Source: Candidatus Saccharimonadota bacterium
GTDB taxonomy: Bacteria; Patescibacteriota; Saccharimonadia; Saccharimonadales; Saccharimonadaceae
DNA: 64,000 nt
Assembly: GCA_905372785.1 (NCBI GenBank)
Contig: CAJPQG010000002.1
Span: forward strand, 57,166 to 121,165
Direction of reading: 5' to 3'
The position numbers and the translations under genes are program-made. Positions 17,474-26,988 of the stretch are shown here, piece after piece. Numbering within the stretch: position 1 is the first letter of the stretch; each line of letters starts with the position of its first letter. Below the pieces are notes generated by a model, which did not search any database, was not told the origin of the DNA, and saw only the letters and a program-made list of their open reading frames with translations.

Positions 17474-18961
17474 TTATTTTGCAAACTCAATGGCCCGTGT
17501 CTCGCGAATAACATTCACCTTAATAGTGCCTGGATACTGCATTGTACTCTCGATCTTTGTCGCAATATCTCGCGCAAGCTTAATCGATCCAAGGTCATCA
17601 ACCTTACCAGGACGCACCACGACGCGCACCTCACGACCAGCTGATATAGCATAGGCTTTGTCGATGCCGTCAAAGCTCTTCGCAACATTCTCAAGATCAC
17701 GCATACGCTCAGCAAAGTTCTCTGCTGAAATATTACGAGCTCCTGGCCGAGCAGCGCTGACTGCGTCAACCACACGCACCACCAGGGCCTCTGGTGTCGT
17801 CGCCTCAACGTCGTCGTGGTGTGCTTCGATGGCATGTACGATAGCCTCGCTCATACCATATTTACGCGCCAGCTCGGCACCAATGTGATGATGTTTACCC
17901 TCAATTTTATGAGTAACTGCCTTACCAATATCGTGCAGCAGCGCGGCAATTTTAGTCGTTCGCACATCTGCACCAATCTCTTCAGCCACCATAGCCGCCA
18001 TCTGTGCCATCTCAGTGCTGTGTTTTAATACATTCTGGCCATAGCTGGTACGGAATCGTAGCTCACCCAGCAGCCGTTGCATCTCTTTAGGGATACCAAC
18101 GACACCAGTTTCGCGCATTGCACTCTCTGCTGCATCACGAATCTCACGATCAATCTGTTTTTTAGCCTTGGCTACCACTTCTTCAATACGGCCTGGATGA
18201 ATGCGGCCATCTTTCATCAGTGTCTCAAGCGCCAACCGCGCTACCTGGCGGCGGATTGGGTCAAAGCTGCTCAGCACAATCATGCCTGGCGTATCGTCCA
18301 CGAGCACGTCGACGCCGGTTTCACGCTGCAGCGCCTGGATATTGCGGCCTTCTTTTCCAATAATACGGCCTTTCATATCATCATCAGTCAGCTTTACTGC
18401 GGTCACGGTACGCTCTGCCGTCACCTCACTGCTCATGCGCTCCATGGCAGTTAGCAGTATGGTCTGGGCACGTTCTTCAGCGTCGTCAATAGCGTCTCGC
18501 TGCATTTTCCCAATCAGGTTGACTAGATCGCCCTTAATATCACGCTCGGTCATAGCAAACAGTTTATTTTTAGCCTCCTCTTTCGAAAGAGTAGCAATTT
18601 TTTCTAGCTTATCCTGCTGGCGAGTACGAATTGCCCGAATCTCTTGCTTTAAATCTTCAACTTCTGCTTCACTGCGTCGCAGCTGCTCAGCCCGCTGGTC
18701 AAGCCGGTCAATTTTTGCATCAAGTGCCTGCTCTCGGTCTATCAGCCGGTGGTCCATTTTCTTCCATTCGCGGCGGTGTTCATTTTCGAGCCGTACAGCC
18801 TCTTTTTTAGCTTCAGCTATCGTGTCTGCAGCCTCGTGCTTGGCACCGGCAATAATATCAGCAATTGCGCCATGCACTCGCACGAATCGATAGTGCATCA
18901 GCAGTCCGGTCAATGCACCACCAAATACTAAGCCGACTACAGCACCTAGTAGTAATTCCAT
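17474..18961 (-). CDS. rny: Ribonuclease Y
   Basis: The protein has an N-terminal TM helix, a long coiled coil, a KH domain (GRIIGKEGRNIQAL) and an HD domain (LLHDIGKA, HHD). Confidence 0.92.
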   Translation of the reverse strand: MELLLGAVVGLVFGGALTGLLMHYRFVRVHGAIADIIAGAKHEAADTIAEAKKEAVRLENEHRREWKKMDHRLIDREQALDAKIDRLDQRAEQLRRSEAEVEDLKQEIRAIRTRQQDKLEKIATLSKEEAKNKLFAMTERDIKGDLVNLIGKMQRDAIDDAEERAQTILLTAMERMSSEVTAERTVTAVKLTDDDMKGRIIGKEGRNIQALQRETGVDVLVDDTPGMIVLSSFDPIRRQVARLALETLMKDGRIHPGRIEEVVAKAKKQIDREIRDAAESAMRETGVVGIPKEMQRLLGELRFRTSYGQNVLKHSTEMAQMAAMVAEEIGADVRTTKIAALLHDIGKAVTHKIEGKHHHIGAELARKYGMSEAIVHAIEAHHDDVEATTPEALVVRVVDAVSAARPGARNISAENFAERMRDLENVAKSFDGIDKAYAISAGREVRVVVRPGKVDDLGSIKLARDIATKIESTMQYPGTIKVNVIRETRAIEFAK

Positions 18962-19182
18962 ATGATTCCTTTCTTTTTTGTGTACTCACAAGATAGCCAC
19001 TACACAGCAGCAATACTTTTTTAGCAACCAATTTTGTGTATCTAACGTCCAATTCAATACGCGAAGGCAGCGCCCGTTGTATTATTTCAAACACTACGCG
19101 CTACTTACCTTTAATTATAGCGTGTATATCGTAAAAACACTAGCGCCTGGAATCAACTTTTCTGCGCTTTCGCTAGGGTCAG

Positions 19183-20055
19183 TTATTTCCGTGGAGCGGT
19201 AATATGTGCTGGAGCACCATATTGTGGCATCACAATCTCATCGTGCTCACCAGCCACCAAGCGCCCGAGGGCACGCTGCTTCCAGGTATCTGTATCTCCC
19301 TGGACACCAACTATTGGAAGGCGCAGCTCATGCGCATATGTATTAAGTACCGTCAGCCCAATACGCAAACTAGTAAAACTACCCGGGCCAGCATACACAC
19401 CAATGCCTGCAATATCTTGCCAAGAGTGGGTTTCATCAAACATGGCAAGCTGCTCCAGCTCTTGGTGCAAATCGCGAGCCAAGCTTCGTCCGGCCTCCCA
19501 GTGGCGCATTGCAATCTCTTTGCCGCAGGCGTCTACAATGGCAAGCTCCGCCCAGGCGTCGCTCATCTTTGCTAATACATAATGTTTAGGTGCATCAGAT
19601 AGCCCACGAATAACCCGATCAGACTGAGGCCCACTACTGTGAAGCGAGATATCACGCACCTGCTCATCACGTGGAACAATATGTACCACCAGCCTATCTT
19701 TTGGCAGTGCTGCATCAATCGATGAAGCCCATTCTATCACTGTTATTGTGGTATTGTCTGCGCTCGTTTCTGCTAGCTCATCAGCAATAATGCCAGCCTC
19801 ACCCAGCCGATAAAAATCATAATGCACTAGCCGACGACCATCAGCAACATCGTACATGCGGCTTAACGTAAATGTTGGGCTCTGCACAGGCTCAGTAACG
19901 CCAAGCGCCCGAGCAAGATGCCGCGTAAAGGTCGTCTTACCAGCACCCACATCACCGACTAACTCTATGACAAGCGGAGCTGCTAATTGACGCGCAATCT
20001 GATCCGCAAGCTGGCGTGTCATCTCTTCATTGTGAACCTGTGTCTCCCATTTCAT
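19183..20055 (-). CDS. tsaE/tsaB: Fused t6A-biosynthesis proteins TsaE (N-terminal) and TsaB-like (C-terminal)
   Basis: TsaE motifs are ELVGDVGAGKTTFTR, SPTFTL and YDFYRL. The TsaB-like part contains GVYAGPGSFTSLRIGLTVLN. I placed the start at MKWETQ (20055) because the longer ORF would run into the divergent promoter region. Confidence 0.8.
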   Translation of the reverse strand: MKWETQVHNEEMTRQLADQIARQLAAPLVIELVGDVGAGKTTFTRHLARALGVTEPVQSPTFTLSRMYDVADGRRLVHYDFYRLGEAGIIADELAETSADNTTITVIEWASSIDAALPKDRLVVHIVPRDEQVRDISLHSSGPQSDRVIRGLSDAPKHYVLAKMSDAWAELAIVDACGKEIAMRHWEAGRSLARDLHQELEQLAMFDETHSWQDIAGIGVYAGPGSFTSLRIGLTVLNTYAHELRLPIVGVQGDTDTWKQRALGRLVAGEHDEIVMPQYGAPAHITAPRK

Positions 20056-20130
20056 AGCATTAGTATACCAAACGCTCCCCCGCCCGGCTACTTTTGGTGG
20101 CGAAAGCAGTAGTTTTTTAGTACAATAAAA

Positions 20131-20730
20131 GTGCATATTATGATATTTACACCAATCTCTGAGTTTATTAATACCCCTGTGCTCAGCCTGCAAACCGGCA
20201 CCACACTTGCACATGTTGACGAGGCCATTGTGGACCCTCGCTCACTCTCGGTGATGGCGTTTTCTTTGCGTGGCAATCGTCTTTCACAAAAACACGGGGC
20301 TTATCTTCTCGTGCGTGACATCCGCGAAGTAAGCAGCATTGGTCTCATTATTGATTCAAATGACGAACTTGTGGAAGCCGACGATATCATTGAACTACAA
20401 ACTGTGCTTAATTTTTCGTTTGAACTGCTTGGAATTAGCGTAAAAACAGAGTCTGACCAGCAGCTTGGTACCGTGACAAGCTATGCCGTAGACCCCAGCA
20501 GCCTACTTGTGCAGCAAATCTCCGTCGAGCCACCATTTTGGCAGCGCTTTACCGAAGCTCAAAAAATTATTCGCCGTTCACAAATTGCCGCTGTTACTAA
20601 CGATGCCATCACTGTTCATGACGCCTATGCGCAATCACCGCAGCACCGCGCTACCACCCGAATCATGCCAGTGCCAATAGTCAATAACCCCTTCAGGCAG
20701 CGCAATAATCAACCAAACTCAGACGCCTAG
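20131..20730 (+). CDS. Hypothetical protein, possibly with two PRC-barrel-like domains
   Basis: There is weak resemblance to YlmC/YmxH-type PRC barrels (TPVLSLQTGTTLAHVDEAIVDP). This is a by-eye call only. Confidence 0.4.
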   Translation: MHIMIFTPISEFINTPVLSLQTGTTLAHVDEAIVDPRSLSVMAFSLRGNRLSQKHGAYLLVRDIREVSSIGLIIDSNDELVEADDIIELQTVLNFSFELLGISVKTESDQQLGTVTSYAVDPSSLLVQQISVEPPFWQRFTEAQKIIRRSQIAAVTNDAITVHDAYAQSPQHRATTRIMPVPIVNNPFRQRNNQPNSDA

Positions 20731-20768
20731 CCGCCCTGTGTGCGGCTGAGATACGACCCTTTGCCTTC

Positions 20769-21422
20769 TTAGCTATCGTAGCGCTCTAATCCAAGAATAA
20801 TATCATCATAATAAAACCCTTGACGCTGCAAATATATAATGAATTTTTGCCGGTCCCCTGCGTAGCGTGCGGCTTTTTTAGCAATCACTTTATCTATTTC
20901 TTGCGTGTCACTGCGTCCTGATTCGGCCAGCACCTGCCGAACAAGCGGCTCAGCAATACCCTTTGCTCGCAGCTCGAGTGCAAGCTTCCGCTGGCTAACA
21001 CCCTTGCGCTGATGACGATACGCAGCCCAATGCCGTGCAAATGCTGCATCATCAATATAGCCTCTCTGCTCAAGCCGCTGATATACCCGATCAGCCAGCT
21101 CTTGTGGCACCCCTTGACGCACCACAACCTTGCCATCTCGCCGACGCACTGGCCTATCATGCGTTTTCTTGCGCAGATATTCTCGTACTTCCTGGCCGCT
21201 GTGTGGACGCGACAGTAGCCAATCTAGTGTTTTAACATACAGCTTCCCAAACTGGCTCTCCTGCTCAAGTGCTGCAATATCTTCCTCGGTTAGCTCGTGG
21301 CCGACCTTCAGCCCCAGCTGCCCCACCTGAAACACGTCCAGGCTGAACCGATACCGCCCATCGATCATAATATTAACGCGGCCTTTGTTCTGCACTTGCT
21401 GAGTAATCGCGGTCACCTTCAT
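20769..21422 (-). CDS. recX: RecA regulator RecX
   Basis: It lies immediately downstream of recA. The N-terminus (KGRVNIMIDGRYRFSLD) and the repeated helical YLxxRGYIDD-type modules are typical of RecX. Confidence 0.8.
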   Translation of the reverse strand: MKVTAITQQVQNKGRVNIMIDGRYRFSLDVFQVGQLGLKVGHELTEEDIAALEQESQFGKLYVKTLDWLLSRPHSGQEVREYLRKKTHDRPVRRRDGKVVVRQGVPQELADRVYQRLEQRGYIDDAAFARHWAAYRHQRKGVSQRKLALELRAKGIAEPLVRQVLAESGRSDTQEIDKVIAKKAARYAGDRQKFIIYLQRQGFYYDDIILGLERYDS

Positions 21423-21541
21423 ACTTCTAGTATACGCGATCGATCAGCTATGCGCGAGCGACGCAATCACTACCCATCAAGATAAAAGTAAATGCACCCA
21501 GAGGATTTTCCTCCGGGTGCATACTATGGGCGTCCTCAAAG

Positions 21542-22579
21542 TTAGGCCTCGGCCTCTTTCACGAGCTCACGCACTTTAGTATCGATCTCTTGCAATACCT
21601 CTGGGTTTTCGCGCAAGTAAGCCTTTGCCTTATCGCGGCCTTGACCAATCGTCTCATCATGGTATTTAAAGAATGCACCAGCTTTGCCAACAACGCCATG
21701 CTGCACGGCAAGGTCCAGAATATCCCCTTCCTTACTAATGCCCTGGTTGTACATAATGTCAAATTCTGCCGTACGGAATGGCGGTGCAATCTTATTCTTC
21801 ACCACCTTTACGCGGGTGCGGTTTCCAACAATATCATCACCTACTTTAATTTGGCTAATACGGCGAATATCGATACGCTGGCTTGCGTAAAACTTTAGTG
21901 CGTTACCACCGGTAGTCGTCTCTGGGTTACCGAACATTACACCGATCTTCATACGAATCTGGTTAATGAAGATAACAGTAGCCTTACTCTTATTAATAAT
22001 GCCGGTCAATTTGCGCAAAGCCTGGCTCATCAGGCGAGCCTGAAGACCCATGTGTGAGTCGCCCATATCACCATCAATCTCAGCCTGAGGCGTCAATGCT
22101 GCCACACTGTCTACCACAATTAAATCAACTGCATTTGAACGCACCAGCGTTTCAGCAATCTCAAGCGCCTGCTCACCATTATCTGGCTGCGAAACCAGCA
22201 GGTTTTCGGTGTCTACGCCAAGTTTTTTAGCATAGCTCGGATCCAGCGCGTGCTCAGCATCAATAAAGGCTGCAGTGCCGCCCTGCTTTTGAATCTCGGC
22301 AATAGCGTGTAACGTGAGAGTGGTCTTACCACTACTTTCTGGTCCATAAATTTCAATAATACGGCCCTTTGGATACCCACCACCCAGTGCCAAATCTAAA
22401 CTCAACGCTCCAGCTGGGATTACCTCAACATCTACCTTTTGAGCTTCACCAAGTTTCATAATCGAGCCATCACCAAATTGTTTGGTAATCTGATCCATTG
22501 CCAAGCTAAGCGCTTTTTGCTTACCAGTGTCCACAGTTGCAGCCATATCAGGTTCGGTCTTCTTTTTTTTGTCCACCAT
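21542..22579 (-). CDS. recA: Recombinase RecA
   Basis: Motifs present are [31 protein letters not shown] and [28 protein letters not shown]. Confidence 0.97.
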   Translation of the reverse strand: MVDKKKKTEPDMAATVDTGKQKALSLAMDQITKQFGDGSIMKLGEAQKVDVEVIPAGALSLDLALGGGYPKGRIIEIYGPESSGKTTLTLHAIAEIQKQGGTAAFIDAEHALDPSYAKKLGVDTENLLVSQPDNGEQALEIAETLVRSNAVDLIVVDSVAALTPQAEIDGDMGDSHMGLQARLMSQALRKLTGIINKSKATVIFINQIRMKIGVMFGNPETTTGGNALKFYASQRIDIRRISQIKVGDDIVGNRTRVKVVKNKIAPPFRTAEFDIMYNQGISKEGDILDLAVQHGVVGKAGAFFKYHDETIGQGRDKAKAYLRENPEVLQEIDTKVRELVKEAEA

Positions 22580-22699
22580 GTAAAATCCTCCAATTACACC
22601 TATGTTCTTCCTTCTAGTATACCACTCTGCCCTGGCAGCTCATAGCTTTGCGATATAGTTCTTGCCTCAGCAATTTGCAAAGCGTGCTACAATGAAGGG

Positions 22700-23776
22700 A
22701 TGAAACACTTACTTCACTCGCACCATCCATTCCGTATTTTTTGGTTTTCAGCTCTGCTTACGTTGGGGCTTGGCGCGTTTATTACAGCTCGCCTTGGTAT
22801 TAGTGGCCTATGGCTATTTGCTATTTTAGTAGTGCTTGAAGTCACCTTTAGTTTTGACAACGCTATCATTAACAGTAAGGTGCTCTCGACCATGGGCCAA
22901 ACCTGGCAGAAAGTCTTCCTAACGATTGGCATTTTTGTAGCGGTATTCATTGTCCGCTTTATATTACCTATTCTGATTGTGATGATCGCCAGCGGCCACG
23001 ACTTTATGAATGTCATCGACCTGGCGTTAAATAAACCATCAGAGTACGGCCATATCTTACACGAAGCTTCACCAATTATTGACGCTTTTGGTGGCGCCTT
23101 CTTGATTATGATCGGCCTCAGCTATTTCATAGATTACAATAAACGCGTCCACTGGATGCGACACATCGAGCCCCTGCTTGCTAAAGCCGGCCGCTTTGAA
23201 AACTTCAAAGTCTGCATCATGCTTGCTGCTGCAGCGCTGCTATATTTCACCGTTGAGCCGCAACATCAGTCACTGGTGCTTATTTCAGCCGTACTAGGCA
23301 TCTTGCTGCACATCGGCCTTGAGCTATTTGGCTCTTTCTTTCACGATGATACCGCCGCGTCTATTAAAACTAAAACCGGCTGGGCAGCCTTTGCAAGCCT
23401 ACTCTACCTAGAAGTACTCGATGCGAGCTTTAGTTTCGACGGAGTCATTGGCGCCTTCGCTATCACCAGCAACGTACTGCTCATTGTGGCTGGCCTTGGA
23501 GCAGGCGCCATCTGGGTACGATCGCTCACCGTTTACCTGCTTCGCACTGGTGTACTTGGCCGCTATAAATATCTTGAAAATGGTGCGCACTGGGCCATCC
23601 TGGCACTTGGCATTCTTATGTTTATTAAGCTCTTTCACATTGAGCTGCCAGAATGGGCGACCGGTGGATTAGGACTACTGTTCATCAGCCTAGCCGTAGG
23701 AAGCAGTATATGGGAGGCTAAAAAGCGCGAACAAGCTGCCCATACCGAAACAGGTAGCCACTTACCCCCACAATAA
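22700..23776 (+). CDS. DUF475 (TerC-related) integral membrane protein
   Basis: The polytopic protein has duplicated E(V/A)xFSFDN/ASFSFDG motifs. Confidence 0.7.
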   Translation: MKHLLHSHHPFRIFWFSALLTLGLGAFITARLGISGLWLFAILVVLEVTFSFDNAIINSKVLSTMGQTWQKVFLTIGIFVAVFIVRFILPILIVMIASGHDFMNVIDLALNKPSEYGHILHEASPIIDAFGGAFLIMIGLSYFIDYNKRVHWMRHIEPLLAKAGRFENFKVCIMLAAAALLYFTVEPQHQSLVLISAVLGILLHIGLELFGSFFHDDTAASIKTKTGWAAFASLLYLEVLDASFSFDGVIGAFAITSNVLLIVAGLGAGAIWVRSLTVYLLRTGVLGRYKYLENGAHWAILALGILMFIKLFHIELPEWATGGLGLLFISLAVGSSIWEAKKREQAAHTETGSHLPPQ

Positions 23777-23797
23777 AAGTTTGCTATAATAGAACCA

Positions 23798-24199
23798 ATG
23801 AAGACCTACACAACCCAACGTGGTTTTACTGTTATCGAGCTTCTTGTAGTCGTTGTGCTATTTGCGGCTACTGGTACTATTTTTGCGTTCCAGTGGCAAG
23901 ATCTACACGCTAATTTCCGCGATAATCAGCGCAAAACGGCTACTAATGCTATTCATTACAACCTCGAAAAAGTCTACCACCAAAAAAACGGCTACTATCC
24001 GGAGTTTATTAACGAAGACACCATGAACACTTTAGATAAAGGCCTACTAAAAGACCCCGAGGGTCGTAACATTGGTACTAAAGATTCGGATCTTCGCTAC
24101 GAGCCTGTCGGCTGCGATGACGGCAAATGCTCTGGCTACACGCTCCGCGCCAAACTTGAAAAAGAAGCAGAATTCGTTAAGAAAAACGGCGACCAGTAA
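23798..24199 (+). CDS. Type IV pilin / pseudopilin with a prepilin N-terminal methylation motif
   Basis: QRGFTVIELLVVVVLFA is a class III signal (G|FT-x-x-E). The C-terminal Cys pair is CDDGKC. Confidence 0.8.
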   Translation: MKTYTTQRGFTVIELLVVVVLFAATGTIFAFQWQDLHANFRDNQRKTATNAIHYNLEKVYHQKNGYYPEFINEDTMNTLDKGLLKDPEGRNIGTKDSDLRYEPVGCDDGKCSGYTLRAKLEKEAEFVKKNGDQ

Positions 24200-24249
24200 T
24201 CGGTCGCCGTTCACTTTATGCGTAAGTCTTTATTTACCTGCCCACTGCC

Positions 24250-25305
24250 CTAATCAAAGTCGACTTGGCGACGGCCTGGGGCTGCGGCTCCTGGCTCATC
24301 GGTATGTAGATGCATCTTACGCTGCTCTTCTGTGGAAAGAATTTCACCATCAACCACTTCCTTCTTTGGAGGCTCTGGCTCCTCTATATAACCATCGTGA
24401 ATTTCGTGGGTGCTGACCTCGTTGACCTCACTATTAGTTGGGAAAATATTATCGTCCACTGGGCGACCATTCTTAAAGGCCTCAATCGCGTTATTCATAA
24501 TTGCTACTGTGCGTTTTGGGTCGGCCACGTAGTGGAATTGGTAAGTTGTCTCATCACCTTCAGTACTCAGCCGAATTGAACCATAATCAAAAATCATCTG
24601 CAGCAACCCACTGCGAATATAACTGGCGTCTTCGATACTACCAAGACTTACTGTTTGTTCACGGTGCGAGAAGAGGCTATACTGGATTTCTTGAATTACA
24701 CTTTCGTTTGTGACAAAGAAGCGGTTCTGAAGATACACCCAAACCGCAACAAAACCACCAAGTACCGCAATAATAATTAATAGCGCTAACGGGAAAAATA
24801 GGCCCTCCATTGCCGGCAACTCAATACCTGGAGTTAGCTGAGATAGTGTATCGCTGTTAATAATAAAGAACGTCACTACCGCAACAATAAGCCCAACCAC
24901 ACCGAATGTCATTAAAATCGGGCGCAATAGCCCAATCGGGTGACGACGAACGTCCAGCATCACATACTCGCCTTGGCTTAGGTTTAAAAATGGATACTCC
25001 TCACGCGAATTCTCATGCCGACGACGCACCTCTTCACTAATGGTAATTGGTGACGGTTCAAATGGACGACGGGCATGAATAATATCTGGTTCATTAGCAT
25101 ATTGACGGCGCAAAGCGGGATCAAAATTATGGCCGTTTGCACTTGTTGGTGCCTCTGTCACTAATGATTGAAGATTCGACTGCACTGACGATTCTGCCTG
25201 AGGTGGCTGCTCCGGTTGATAGTATAGCGGACGACCGTTGGTGTCGTAGGCATCCGGCTTGCGCGATGCCCGCGGCTCTTGTAGCGGTTGGTTCTCGTTG
25301 TTCAT
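24250..25305 (-). CDS. Membrane protein with a bacterial PH (bPH_2/YdbT-like) domain
   Basis: The motif LSQGEYVMLDVRRHP is followed by two TM helices and a PH-like region, after a Pro/Gln-rich N-terminus. Confidence 0.6.
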   Translation of the reverse strand: MNNENQPLQEPRASRKPDAYDTNGRPLYYQPEQPPQAESSVQSNLQSLVTEAPTSANGHNFDPALRRQYANEPDIIHARRPFEPSPITISEEVRRRHENSREEYPFLNLSQGEYVMLDVRRHPIGLLRPILMTFGVVGLIVAVVTFFIINSDTLSQLTPGIELPAMEGLFFPLALLIIIAVLGGFVAVWVYLQNRFFVTNESVIQEIQYSLFSHREQTVSLGSIEDASYIRSGLLQMIFDYGSIRLSTEGDETTYQFHYVADPKRTVAIMNNAIEAFKNGRPVDDNIFPTNSEVNEVSTHEIHDGYIEEPEPPKKEVVDGEILSTEEQRKMHLHTDEPGAAAPGRRQVDFD

Positions 25306-25320
25306 ATTCCTATTATATCG

Positions 25321-26343
25321 CTATATTGCTGATTTTGCACGTTTGTTTTGTTTGATGTGCGCAATGGCCTGTGGCGTTACCCGGCGGCCACGCGGTGTAC
25401 GCTCAATAAATCCAATCTGCAATAAATATGGCTCATAAAAATCTTCAATTGTAGTAGCCTCATCACCAGTAAGTGCCGCAATAGTCGTTAAGCCCACTGG
25501 CCTGTCTCCGTACGTGGTATACATTTTCTCAAGCATCGCACGGTCAGCCGGGTCAAGCCCGTAGCGATCAACTTCAAGCATCGCAAGCGCAGCCGCTGCA
25601 ACCTCTTTGGTGATTGCTCCATCGCCATGCACCTCGGCATAATCACGAACACGCTTCAGCAGGCGGTTTGCAATACGTGGCGTTAATCGAGCCCGCGATG
25701 CGAGCAGCTCTGCCGCAATCTCATCAATACTATTTCCCAAAATCATTGCCGAGCGGCTAATAATTTGAGCAATTTCTGGTTCAGTGTAAAATTCCAGCCG
25801 ATACATATGTCCGAACCGGTCACGTAACGGCGCAGCCAGGCTACCAGTGCGCGTCGTAGCTCCAATGATCGTAAATTTTGGCAAATCTAGCCGAACACTT
25901 CGCGCCGCCGGACCCTTGCCGATTACGATATCTATCTTGAAATCTTCCATGGCAGAATACAACACCTCTTCCACCGCACGCCCAAGTCGGTGGATCTCAT
26001 CGATAAATAGAATATCGCCATCCTCTAGGTTAGTGAGGATACTAGCCAGGTCGCCCGCCCGCTCAATTGCCGGGCCGGCGCTCACGCGCAAATTTACCCC
26101 CATCTGGTTTGCAATAACACTGGCCATGGTTGTCTTGCCAAGACCTGGAGGGCCATATAATAGCACATGGTCTACCGGCTCACCACGCTTCTTCGCTGCC
26201 GCAATTGCTAACCGCAAATTTTGCTTTAGCCGCTCCTGACCAATATAATCATCAAACCGCTGCGGCCGGAGTGTCACCTCAATAGCCTGCTCGTCGGGCT
26301 CATCTGTATGCAATGATGTATCAACAATCCGTTCGATTGCCAT
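25321..26343 (-). CDS. ruvB: Holliday junction helicase RuvB
   Basis: Motifs present are [22 protein letters not shown] and [18 protein letters not shown]. Confidence 0.95.
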   Translation of the reverse strand: MAIERIVDTSLHTDEPDEQAIEVTLRPQRFDDYIGQERLKQNLRLAIAAAKKRGEPVDHVLLYGPPGLGKTTMASVIANQMGVNLRVSAGPAIERAGDLASILTNLEDGDILFIDEIHRLGRAVEEVLYSAMEDFKIDIVIGKGPAARSVRLDLPKFTIIGATTRTGSLAAPLRDRFGHMYRLEFYTEPEIAQIISRSAMILGNSIDEIAAELLASRARLTPRIANRLLKRVRDYAEVHGDGAITKEVAAAALAMLEVDRYGLDPADRAMLEKMYTTYGDRPVGLTTIAALTGDEATTIEDFYEPYLLQIGFIERTPRGRRVTPQAIAHIKQNKRAKSAI

Positions 26344-26395
26344 GTCTTGCCTCTTGATTATATGTAATATGCATCACTACTAGTATAACACGGGC

Positions 26396-26983
26396 TTATC
26401 GATCACGCGCACGCAGAGCCTGGGTAACACGGTCTGACGTCGAGAGGGCCGTATCAATACCACTAAGCGCTTTGGTTGCATCTGCTAGTGTATAACCCAG
26501 TGCCATCAGCGCTTCTAGCGCCTCATCTTCGGCAGCAGCTACCACAGGTTCACTGCTACTATCAACCCGGCCGTATGCGCTTGGAGCGCCAACTTTATCG
26601 CGCAGATCAACGACAACCCGCTCAGCTGTCTTTTTGCCAACGCCGCTCGCTTGCTGCACGTAAGCAATATCACTGGTGGCAATTGCATTACGAACTGCTT
26701 CAGCGCTGCCAAGGCTAAGCACCGCAAGTGCTGCTTTTGGCCCAACACCCTGCACAGAGATTAATAGCTCGAACAATTTCTTTGCCATCAAGCTTGAGAA
26801 GCCAAACAGCTCTTCGGCCTGCTCACGCACATGATGGTAGGTGTATATTTTAGCCGTATCATCAAGCTGCAATGCATCAAAGTCGTGCGCAGCTACGGCA
26901 ACCTCGTAGCCAACGCCGTGCACATCGATGATCACCGTGCCCTCAAACTTCTCTGAAACAGTTCCGCGCAAATGTGCAATCAT
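26396..26983 (-). CDS. ruvA: Holliday junction DNA-binding protein RuvA
   Basis: Motifs present are MIAHLRGTV, the GVGYEV OB fold, and HhH motifs VQGVGPKAALAVL and GVGKKTAERV. Confidence 0.9.
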   Translation of the reverse strand: MIAHLRGTVSEKFEGTVIIDVHGVGYEVAVAAHDFDALQLDDTAKIYTYHHVREQAEELFGFSSLMAKKLFELLISVQGVGPKAALAVLSLGSAEAVRNAIATSDIAYVQQASGVGKKTAERVVVDLRDKVGAPSAYGRVDSSSEPVVAAAEDEALEALMALGYTLADATKALSGIDTALSTSDRVTQALRARDR

Positions 26984-26988
26984 TACTG

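Noticed and set aside
18201-18893. There are long ORFs antisense to well-supported genes: 18201..18893 opposite rny, 56954..57727 and 56338..56997 opposite ftsH, 42609..43136 opposite dnaK, 26974..27666 opposite the PBP, 13121..13612 opposite the Clp-like gene, and 7237..7821 opposite murA.
   Set aside because: Each lies fully inside a gene with unambiguous family motifs on the other strand. Their translations are Ser/Arg/Pro-rich low-complexity strings typical of antisense frames. None has a plausible RBS.
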